Of a stretch of 24,931 bases of DNA, positions 14,516 through 24,931 are shown one piece after another. Source of the DNA: Elusimicrobiota bacterium (lineage in GTDB: Bacteria; Elusimicrobiota; Elusimicrobia; UBA1565; JACRDR01). The notes under the pieces were generated by a model. The model made no database searches. It saw only the letters and a list, made by a program, of their open reading frames with translations, and was not told the origin of the DNA. Position 1 is the first letter of the stretch; each line of letters begins with the position of its first letter. A program made the translations under genes and the position numbers. The DNA is taken from positions 1-24,931 of the forward strand of contig JBGFSC010000031.1 in the NCBI GenBank assembly GCA_041694815.1. Reading direction: 5' to 3'.

Positions 14516-15157
14516 ATGCTGCGCATGATGCGCGCGGGACCCGCGGCCCTGATGCTTTCGGCCTGTTTCGCCCTACCGGCGGCGGCCACGGACTCGCTGG
14601 ACTCCATCGCAAAAAAAGTTTCCAAGGCCGCGGCGGCGGCCAAGATCCAGCGCGTCGCGGTGCTCCCCTTCGTCTCCTCCAACGGGCACTTCCCCGAGGA
14701 TGGGCTGGTGCTCTCCGAACGACTGGTCAGCGCCCTCGTGGAGCGGCGGCGCCTGCACGTCGTCGAGCGCGAACTGCTCGCAAGCCTGATGAAGGAACAG
14801 TCCCTCGCGCAAACCGGGATCGTCGGCACGGAAGGCCGCCAGGCCATCGGCCGCATATTGTCGGTGGACGCGGTCGTGACCGGATCCTTCATCAGCTTCG
14901 GGCGAAAGGTCAGGGCCAACGCGCGGCTCATCCGCATCGAAAGCGGCGACATCGTTTTCGCCAAGACGTTCGAGCTGCCGATCGACTGGTTCGATCCGGA
15001 GCCCTCCCCGGGGGCCTCGCTGCTCGGGCTAGCCGACAATGATGCCCTTAGCTGCCGGCAGGCGCAGCTGCGGCTGGAAACATTGGAGCGCTCCCTGATC
15101 GATCTTAAGACGCGGTATTGGACATCTCAGCTGGACTTGATCAACGAACGACAGTAG
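14516..15157 (+). CDS. Lipoprotein with a CsgG/LpoB/FlgO-like (TolB-N-like) fold signature
   Basis: Signal peptide with lipobox MLRMMRAGPAALMLSAC. Motifs RVAVLPF, VVERELLASLMKEQSLAQTG, LSVDAVVTGS and ANARLIRIESG. The track ORF is extended 104 codons upstream across the kinase gene; the ATG after the kinase stop was chosen. Confidence 0.6.
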   Translation: MLRMMRAGPAALMLSACFALPAAATDSLDSIAKKVSKAAAAAKIQRVAVLPFVSSNGHFPEDGLVLSERLVSALVERRRLHVVERELLASLMKEQSLAQTGIVGTEGRQAIGRILSVDAVVTGSFISFGRKVRANARLIRIESGDIVFAKTFELPIDWFDPEPSPGASLLGLADNDALSCRQAQLRLETLERSLIDLKTRYWTSQLDLINERQ

Positions 15158-15159
15158 GC

Positions 15160-15227
15160 CGCGAAATACTCGCGAAGATGGTGCCAGGGATTGACTTTCG
15201 CCTAGGCGAAAGTCAATCCCTGGCACC
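15160..15227. repeat. Intergenic mosaic repeat, locus 2: module D, CTCGCGAAGAT linker, 48-bp perfect palindrome B
   Basis: B is GGTGCCAGGGATTGACTTTCGCCTAGGCGAAAGTCAATCCCTGGCACC at 15180..15227, an exact self reverse complement centred on CCTAGG, identical at 24718..24765. The linker recurs inverted at 24766..24776. Confidence 0.75.
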
Positions 15228-15234
15228 GCATATT

Positions 15235-15243
15235 TGCTATAAT
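15235..15243 (+). promoter_or_regulatory. Extended -10 element TGCTATAAT upstream of the dehydrogenase-rib operon
   Basis: TGnTATAAT lies 17 nt before the ATG at 15261, immediately downstream of palindrome B. Confidence 0.35.
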
Positions 15244-15260
15244 AATCCTTCTAAATTCAA

Positions 15261-16292
15261 ATGAAAGCCCTCCTATATGAGGGACCCCAAAAGGTCCAGC
15301 TCAAAGAGGTCCCCATCCCGCAAATCGGCGACGGGGAGGCCCTGGTAGCGGTGGAGGCCTGCGGGCTCTGCGGCACCGACATAGTCAAGATCATGAACGG
15401 CCGCCATCGCCCACCCCTGCCCCTGGGGCACGAGGTCTCCGGCCGCGTGCACGCCCTAGGAAGCGGGGTCAAGGGCTTTAAGGTCGGCGACCGCGTGATG
15501 GTGGCCCATCACGTCCCCTGCGGCCAATGCCATTTCTGCAGGCGCTTGAGCGAGACGATGTGCGTTCAGTTCAAGGAAAGCAATCTAGACCCCGGCGGGT
15601 TCTCGGAGTACGTCCGCGTCTCCGAACGCCACGTGCGGCATACGATGCTCAAGCTGCCCCGGCAGGTGGACTTTTTCGCCGCCTCGCAGGTCGAGCCGCT
15701 GGCCTGCTGCCTGCGCAATCTCCGCCGCCTGGCCCTGGAGCCGGACGATTGGGCCATAGTCGTCGGCTTGGGCTCCATCGGCCTCATGACGGCGCAGCTG
15801 CTGCGCCTGCGGGGGGTCAACGTGCTGGCCTTCGACCTGGAATCGGCCCGGGTGCGGCTCGCCCAGAAATCGGGAATCGAGCACTCCTATACCGGAAAAG
15901 ACGGGCGGTCGGAGGAGCTCGTGAGGACCTTGACGGGGTACCGGGGAGCCGACGCGCTGATCCTGACGGCCGGCACCCCCTCCTTGGCCGCCGAGAGGCT
16001 CTCCTGGATCCGGGACGGCGGGACCTTGAACATCTTCGCCAGCTTCCATCCCGATCCCCATATGCGCCTGGACTTAAACGCCGTCTACCACCGCGAGCTC
16101 AAGATCGTGGCGAGCTATTCGGCCACGCCCCAGGACCTGCGCGAGGCGCTCGAGCTCATCGGCGATAAAGCGATCGATTTGGCTCCCTATACGGGCCATA
16201 CCTTTGGTCTTTCTAGCTTCCCGGAAGCCCTTCGTCGGGCCCGGGGACGCGAGGTACTCAAGGCCATCCTTACCCCGCGGAGCGCGCGATGA
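15261..16292 (+). CDS. Zinc-dependent medium-chain dehydrogenase/reductase (threonine/sorbitol dehydrogenase-like), paralog 1
   Basis: Catalytic zinc ligands in the ACGLCGTDIVKI block and GHEVSG. Structural zinc cluster CGQCHFCRRLSETMC. Rossmann motif VVGLGSIGL. Confidence 0.85.
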   Translation: MKALLYEGPQKVQLKEVPIPQIGDGEALVAVEACGLCGTDIVKIMNGRHRPPLPLGHEVSGRVHALGSGVKGFKVGDRVMVAHHVPCGQCHFCRRLSETMCVQFKESNLDPGGFSEYVRVSERHVRHTMLKLPRQVDFFAASQVEPLACCLRNLRRLALEPDDWAIVVGLGSIGLMTAQLLRLRGVNVLAFDLESARVRLAQKSGIEHSYTGKDGRSEELVRTLTGYRGADALILTAGTPSLAAERLSWIRDGGTLNIFASFHPDPHMRLDLNAVYHRELKIVASYSATPQDLREALELIGDKAIDLAPYTGHTFGLSSFPEALRRARGREVLKAILTPRSAR

Positions 16293-17311
16293 AGGCCATT
16301 CTCTTTTATGGCCCCCAGCAGATCAAGCTCGTCGACGTTCCTCTCCCCTCGCCCGGCCCGGGGCAGGTGCTGCTTAAGGTCGGAGCGGCATTGACCTGCG
16401 GCACGGATTTTAAGGCCTACCGCCAGGGGCATCGCGTGCTTTTAGGCGATCTGCCAGCTCCATTCGGCCACGAACTGGCCGGCACCGTCGTCGAGGCCGG
16501 CCCCGGCGTGAGCGGGCTTAAGCCCGGCATGCGGGTGGTGGCGGCCAATTCCGCGCCCTGCGACAGCTGTTTTTTCTGCCTCAAGGGGCAAAACCAGCTC
16601 TGCGACCGCCTCAAGCTCCATAACGGAGCCTATGCCGAGTATAATTTGCTTCCGGCGCAGATCGTCAAGCATAATGTCTACCCGTTACCGCCGGAGCTGG
16701 GCTTCAAGGAAGCGGCCCTGGCCGAACCCCTCGCCTGCGCGATCCATGCCGTCGACGTGATGCGCGTCGAGGCTGATGAGCGCGTCGCGATCATCGGCGC
16801 CGGGAACATGTCCCTGCTCTTGATCATGGCCTTAGCGCAGCGGGGCGCCCACATCACCGTGATCGGACGCAGCCCCGCGCGCCTGGCCTTGGCCGCGCGA
16901 GCGGGCGCCCACGCGACGGTGAGCGCGCTGGAGGGTGACGCGTCGCGGGCCGTCCGGGCGCTTTCCCAGGACGTCGGCGCCGACTGCGTTTTCGAGGCGG
17001 TCGGCAAGCCCGACACCTGGGAGCAGGCCGTCTCCCTCGCCCGCAAGGGGGGGCGCGTCTGCCTTTTCGGGGGGTGCTCGATGGGCACCCGCATTCCGGT
17101 CGACGCCCATCGCCTGCATTACGAGCAGCTCTGCCTCCAGGGGGTCTTCCACCACACCCCGAAATATTTCCGGCAGGCCGTGGAGCTTTTGGCCGCCGGC
17201 CGAGTGCGGACGGAACTCCTCATCGCCGACAGCATCCCGCTCGAGGAGATCCCCTCTTACTTCGAGCGGACGCACCGGCAATCGAACCCGAAGGTCGCCG
17301 TCATCCCGTGA
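16289..17311 (+). CDS. Zinc-dependent medium-chain dehydrogenase/reductase, paralog 2
   Basis: ATGA overlap with paralog 1. Motifs LTCGTDFKAY, GHELAGTV, CDSCFFCLKGQNQLC and IIGAGNMSL. Confidence 0.85.
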   Translation: MKAILFYGPQQIKLVDVPLPSPGPGQVLLKVGAALTCGTDFKAYRQGHRVLLGDLPAPFGHELAGTVVEAGPGVSGLKPGMRVVAANSAPCDSCFFCLKGQNQLCDRLKLHNGAYAEYNLLPAQIVKHNVYPLPPELGFKEAALAEPLACAIHAVDVMRVEADERVAIIGAGNMSLLLIMALAQRGAHITVIGRSPARLALAARAGAHATVSALEGDASRAVRALSQDVGADCVFEAVGKPDTWEQAVSLARKGGRVCLFGGCSMGTRIPVDAHRLHYEQLCLQGVFHHTPKYFRQAVELLAAGRVRTELLIADSIPLEEIPSYFERTHRQSNPKVAVIP

Positions 17312-18387
17312 AGAAAACCGAAGACGAATCCTGGCTTAGACGCGCCCTGGCCCTGGCCAGGCGCGGGATTCCCAAGGCCAGCCCCAACCCGCTAGTGGGC
17401 TGCGTACTGGTGAAAAACGGCCGCCGGGTCTCCGAGGGCTGGCATGCCGCCTTCGGGGGGCCGCATGCCGAGGCCGCCGCCATGAGCCGGGCGGGCTCTT
17501 CGGCGCGGGGGTCTACGGCCTACGTCACGCTGGAGCCCTGCGCGGGCGGCGGCGGTAAAAAAACCCCCCCGTGCGCTCCCGCCCTCGTGGCCACCGGGAT
17601 ACGGCGCGTGGTCGCGCCGTGCGAGGACCCGAACCCGAACGTCGCCGGACGCGGCTTTCGGGAGTTGCGCCGCGCGGGGATCCAAGTCTCCGTCGGCTTG
17701 CTCCGCGAGGAGTGCGCGGCCCTCAATCGCCCGTTCTTCGTGCGGATGCGCACCGGCCGGCCCTACGTCATCTTGAAGGCGGCCGCCAGCCTCGATGGGC
17801 GCATCGAAACCTCGCGCAGGCAGTCGCGCTGGATCACCGCCGAAGCGTCCAGGCGGCTGGCCCACCGCATGCGCGCGGAAGTGGACGCGATCCTGGTGGG
17901 GGTCGAGACGGTGCTCCGCGACGACCCGGGCCTGACGGCGCACGGCATGGGCCGCGATCCGCTGCGAGTCGTCCTGGATTCGCGCCTGAGGACTCCCGCC
18001 TCCGCCAAGCTGCTCCGGGGCCGCGCACCGGCGCTGCTGTTCACGTCGCCGCAGGCGCTCTGCCGCCGGCCGCCCGCGGGCGCGTGGGCCCTGCCGGTGC
18101 CTCAAAACGGCGCGGGCTTAGACCTCCATCAGGTGCTGGCCTCCCTGGCCTCCATGGGCGTCGGCACCGTGCTGGTGGAGGGAGGAAGCGCAGTGCACAC
18201 CGCGTTCATCGAGAAGGGCCTCGTCGACGAGCTGCGCCTGTTCCTGGCGCCCATGCTCATCGGCGGCGCCTCGGCCCGCAGCTTTTTCGAGGGGGGCGGT
18301 TTCGCTTCACTCAACCGTGCGCTCCGCTTTAAGCAGTTGCGGGTGCGCAGCCTCGGGGCCGATACGCTCGTCACCGGATACTTATAA
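17308..18387 (+). CDS. ribD: Bifunctional diaminohydroxyphosphoribosylaminopyrimidine deaminase / 5-amino-6-(5-phosphoribosylamino)uracil reductase
   Basis: GTG start overlapping the upstream TGA (GTGA). Deaminase zinc motifs HAEAAAM and the TLEPCA..G block, then the reductase domain (RPYVILKAAASLDGRI ... VLVEGGSAVHTAF). The track ORF is extended 78 codons upstream. Confidence 0.85.
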   Translation: MKKTEDESWLRRALALARRGIPKASPNPLVGCVLVKNGRRVSEGWHAAFGGPHAEAAAMSRAGSSARGSTAYVTLEPCAGGGGKKTPPCAPALVATGIRRVVAPCEDPNPNVAGRGFRELRRAGIQVSVGLLREECAALNRPFFVRMRTGRPYVILKAAASLDGRIETSRRQSRWITAEASRRLAHRMRAEVDAILVGVETVLRDDPGLTAHGMGRDPLRVVLDSRLRTPASAKLLRGRAPALLFTSPQALCRRPPAGAWALPVPQNGAGLDLHQVLASLASMGVGTVLVEGGSAVHTAFIEKGLVDELRLFLAPMLIGGASARSFFEGGGFASLNRALRFKQLRVRSLGADTLVTGYL

Positions 18388-18989
18388 TGTTTACGGGAAT
18401 CGTGCGGGAGCTTGGAAACGTCCACTCCAACAAGAACGGCCGACTGCTGGTTCAGGCCCGGCTCGGGCGCATTCCGATCGGAGGCAGCGTGGCGGTCAAC
18501 GGCGTCTGCCTGACGCTCGCGCGCCGCCTCGGCGCCTCGCTCGAGTTCGAGATGAGCCGCGAGACCCTGCGACGGACGAACCTGGGCTCGCTCCAGAAGC
18601 GTGACGTGGTCAATCTGGAGCCGGCGCTGAAGGCCTCGGACTTCGTCGGCGGGCATTGGGTCAGCGGCCACGTGGACTCCCCGGCCGCGGTGCTCGAAGT
18701 CGATCGGCTCAAGGGCGGTTTCTTGAGGCTTCGGATAAGCCTTCCGCCGGAGCTGCGCCCTCTCGTGGCGCTCAAGGGCTCCATCGCCGTGGATGGGACG
18801 AGCCTGACCGTCACGCGCGTCGGGAAGGGCTATTTCGAGACCGTGCTCGTGCCTCACACCATCCGCCGCACGAATCTCGGCTCGCGCAGGCCGGGGGATA
18901 GGGTGAATCTGGAGGCGGATTTGATGGCGAGGTATTTGATGAACTTATTACGCAACGGCGCAAGCTTGCGCGAGGGACCGTGCGAATGA
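18387..18989 (+). CDS. ribE: Riboflavin synthase alpha subunit
   Basis: MFTGIV.E.G start, two lumazine-binding repeats (GGSVAVNGVCLT / GSIAVDGTSLTV). 200 aa. Confidence 0.85.
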   Translation: MFTGIVRELGNVHSNKNGRLLVQARLGRIPIGGSVAVNGVCLTLARRLGASLEFEMSRETLRRTNLGSLQKRDVVNLEPALKASDFVGGHWVSGHVDSPAAVLEVDRLKGGFLRLRISLPPELRPLVALKGSIAVDGTSLTVTRVGKGYFETVLVPHTIRRTNLGSRRPGDRVNLEADLMARYLMNLLRNGASLREGPCE

Positions 18990-20209
18990 CTAAGTTCAAC
19001 ACCGTCACGGAAGCCGTAGACGCCATCCGCAAAGGGAAGATGGTCGTGCTCGTCGACGACCCGCACCGCGAGAACGAGGGAGACCTCGCGATGGCGGCCG
19101 AGAAGGTGACGGTCGAGGCCGTCAATTTCATGGCCACGCACGGGCGGGGCCTTATCTGCGTGCCCATGCTGCCGGAAAGCCTCGACCGTCTGCGCATCGG
19201 GCCGATGGTCGACGGCGCCCCGGCCTCCGGCTCCGGCCGCGATACGGCCTTCTCCGTGAGCGTCGACGCCAAGCGCGGCACGACCACCGGCATCTCGGCG
19301 CACGACCGCTGCGCCACCATCCACGCCCTCCACGACCCGCGCGCGGTGCCCGAGGATTTCAACCGGCCAGGACACGTCTTCCCGCTCCGCTGCAAGGAGG
19401 GCGGGGTGCTGGTGCGCGCCGGGCACACCGAGGCCATCGTGGACTTAGCCAAGCTCGCCGGGTTGCGCCCCGCCGGTGTGATCTGCGAGATCCTCAACCC
19501 CGACGGGACCATGGCGCGGGTGCCGCAATTGGGCAAGTTCGCGCGGCGCCATGGCCTCAAGATGCTCACCATCCAAAGCCTCATCGAATACCGCCGCGCC
19601 AACGAGAAGCTGGTCCGCAGGCTCGTCTCGGCCAGGCTGCCCACCCGCTACGGCGAATTCGTCCTGCACCTCTACGAGGAACTCCTAAGCGGCAAGCAGC
19701 ATCTCGCCCTGGCCCTTGGTAAGGTCGCCGGCGCCAAGGAGGTGCTCATCCGCGTCCACTCCTCCTGTATCACCGGCGACACGCTGTTCTCCCTGCGCTG
19801 CGATTGCGGCTCGCAGCTGCAGCGGGCGCTGCAACAGATATCGGAGGAAGGCCGGGGCGTGCTGGTCTACCTCAACCAGGAGGGGCGCGGCATTGGGCTC
19901 TTCAACAAGATCCGCTCTTACGTGCTCCAGGACCAGGGCATGGACACGGTCGAGGCCAACAAGGCCCTTGGCTTCGAGGCGGACCTGCGCGAATACGGCA
20001 TCGGCGCGCAGATACTCGCCGACCTTGGCCTGAGCACCTTGAAGATATTAACCAACAACCCGCGCAAGATCGTCGGGATCGAAGGCTACGGCCTACGCGT
20101 GGTGCGCCGCATCCCCATACAGATTCCCTCGACAACCCATACGGAGCGCTATTTCCTGGCCAAGAAGCGCAAGATGGGCCATTGGCTGAGCGTGCGAAAG
20201 GGCTTGTGA
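18986..20209 (+). CDS. ribBA: Bifunctional 3,4-dihydroxy-2-butanone-4-phosphate synthase / GTP cyclohydrolase II
   Basis: DHBP synthase block (VLVDDPHRENEGDL, RAGHTEA), then a GTP cyclohydrolase II domain with Cys triad CITGDTLFSLRCDCG. ATG at 18986 overlaps the ribE stop (ATGA). Confidence 0.9.
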   Translation: MTKFNTVTEAVDAIRKGKMVVLVDDPHRENEGDLAMAAEKVTVEAVNFMATHGRGLICVPMLPESLDRLRIGPMVDGAPASGSGRDTAFSVSVDAKRGTTTGISAHDRCATIHALHDPRAVPEDFNRPGHVFPLRCKEGGVLVRAGHTEAIVDLAKLAGLRPAGVICEILNPDGTMARVPQLGKFARRHGLKMLTIQSLIEYRRANEKLVRRLVSARLPTRYGEFVLHLYEELLSGKQHLALALGKVAGAKEVLIRVHSSCITGDTLFSLRCDCGSQLQRALQQISEEGRGVLVYLNQEGRGIGLFNKIRSYVLQDQGMDTVEANKALGFEADLREYGIGAQILADLGLSTLKILTNNPRKIVGIEGYGLRVVRRIPIQIPSTTHTERYFLAKKRKMGHWLSVRKGL

Positions 20210-20637
20210 AGGGCGCTCGTTTCGCGATCGTCGCCTCCCGCTTTAATTCTGAGATAACCGACCGCCTCCTCCGTAACTGCCTCACGCGCCTGCGCGAGGG
20301 CGGAGTGGGCTCGAGGCACGTGACGGTCGTCCGCGTCCCCGGCGCCTTCGAGATCCCGTGGGCGGCCCAGGCCCTAGCCCGCCGGGGGAAATACCGGGCC
20401 GTCATCTGCCTGGGCGCGGTCTTGAAGGGGCAGACACCCCAAAACGACTACATCTCCGCGTCGACGATCTCGCATCTCCATGACGTCAGCCTGGCCACCG
20501 GCGTTCCCTGCATCCTCGGCATCATCACCCCTAGGACCTACGCCCAGGCCAAGGCGCGCACCCGAGGGTCCTTGGACCGCGGCCGCGAGGCGGCCGAGGC
20601 GGCGTTGGAACTAATGGAAATACGAAAGACCTTATGA
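20206..20637 (+). CDS. ribH: 6,7-dimethyl-8-ribityllumazine synthase
   Basis: ARFAIVASRFN..I.D.L, VVRVPGAFEIP, GAVLKG.T.QNDYIS. GTG overlapping the ribBA TGA. An alternative in-frame TTG at 20182 would add 8 residues. Confidence 0.8.
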   Translation: MKGARFAIVASRFNSEITDRLLRNCLTRLREGGVGSRHVTVVRVPGAFEIPWAAQALARRGKYRAVICLGAVLKGQTPQNDYISASTISHLHDVSLATGVPCILGIITPRTYAQAKARTRGSLDRGREAAEAALELMEIRKTL

Positions 20638-20655
20638 AAACGAATTGTCCCCCCC

Positions 20656-20688
20656 GCTACTCGCCCCCCCGCGGGGGGGGCGAGTAGC
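20656..20688 (+). promoter_or_regulatory. 15-bp GC hairpin (GCTACTCGCCCCCCC-GCG-GGGGGGGCGAGTAGC) ending at the nusB ATG, with an upstream competing C7 tract
   Basis: Read directly. The stem is 20656..20670 / 20674..20688, the loop GCG. The 3' arm carries the only SD-like purine run (GGGGGGGCGAG) for nusB, whose ATG is at 20689. A second C7 run at 20649..20655 could pair with the same G8 run. Confidence 0.55.
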
Positions 20689-24661
<3,973 letters not shown>

Positions 24662-24672
24662 AACAACGGCGG

Positions 24673-24809
24673 CTTTTACGCGCCTCGGGCGCGTGGCTCG
24701 GCGCGCTTTGTTTTCGCGGTGCCAGGGATTGACTTTCGCCTAGGCGAAAGTCAATCCCTGGCACCATCTTCGCGAGAAACCTCGAACTCGTCGCGCGAAG
24801 CGCGACGAG
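24673..24809. repeat. Intergenic mosaic repeat, locus 3: inverted hairpin C, palindrome B, inverted CTCGCGAAGAT linker, AACCTCGAA, hairpin A
   Basis: CTTTTACGCGCCTCGGGCGCGT at 24673..24694 is the reverse complement of 11523..11544. B is at 24718..24765. ATCTTCGCGAG is at 24766..24776. AACCTCGAA is at 24778..24786. Hairpin A is at 24787..24809. Confidence 0.75.
24689..24714 (+). terminator. Possible weak intrinsic terminator after purH
   Basis: GCGCG-tggctcgg-CGCGC stem directly followed by TTTGTTTT. Short stem with an 8-nt loop, so weak. Confidence 0.3.
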
Positions 24810-24904
24810 TCACGCGCTCAAGACTTATATGATGAATGTCGGCAGCTTCTCTGCGATCCTCGCGGAAAGTAAAATGAGGAAACTAATTCGCAGAGGAGAT
24901 TCAA

Positions 24905-24931
24905 ATGACTACCGGGCAAGGATTCGTCGCG
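24905..24931 (+). CDS. 5' end of an unidentified gene, truncated by the window end
   Basis: GAGGAG-N7-ATG, then MTTGQGFVA. Only 9 codons are visible. Confidence 0.3.

Noticed and set aside
14985-15000. GGTTCGATCC, a tRNA T-arm-like motif
   Set aside because: It lies in frame inside the lipoprotein CDS (encoding DWFDPEP). No acceptor or anticodon stem could be built around it.
15158-15260. Expected FMN riboswitch upstream of the rib genes
   Set aside because: The leader is occupied by repeat module D plus palindrome B. It lacks the conserved RFN core segments. ribD has no leader at all.

Overview
This is about 25 kb of a GC-rich bacterial chromosome. Genes are tightly packed and often translationally coupled, with ATGA, GTGA and TTGA stop/start overlaps. 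The organism looks Gram-negative in type (lipobox and signal-peptide genes), but its taxon cannot be assigned from sequence alone.

The left ~5.3 kb is visibly AT-richer than the rest and looks accessory. It holds a translationally coupled six-gene + strand operon: five tandem paralogs of a small secreted or membrane protein family I do not recognise, followed by a secreted protein. Each paralog has a signal peptide, a PPxPK[QR][FY]Ex[AS]W motif, two TM helices, an amphipathic Y..K..EW helix, an acidic tail and an invariant C-terminal RFK[LF]. Two toxin-antitoxin modules follow on the minus strand: mazEF and vapBC, each with a near-consensus sigma70-type promoter.

The core region contains, on the minus strand, an SPFH/band-7 gene, hemW, a PIN-PhoH (PhoH2-like) gene, valS, and a short unannotated Cys-motif ORF coupled to the valS stop. 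On the plus strand it contains a long-form ispG, an orphan soluble histidine kinase, a lipoprotein, and a 9.4 kb coupled block: two zinc MDR dehydrogenases, ribD, ribE, ribBA, ribH, nusB, ligA and purH.

Three intergenic loci carry a mosaic family of GC-rich palindromic repeats, including a 48-bp perfect palindrome present twice. Other notable non-coding structures:
- a 52-bp AT-rich nested palindrome at the island/core junction
- a structured valS leader with a 21-bp long-range inverted repeat
- a very stable C7/C7/G8 hairpin ending at the nusB start codon

No rRNA, tRNA, CRISPR array or transposase was found. Several long ORFs in the supplied track are GC-driven frame artefacts or over-extended N-termini and were trimmed.
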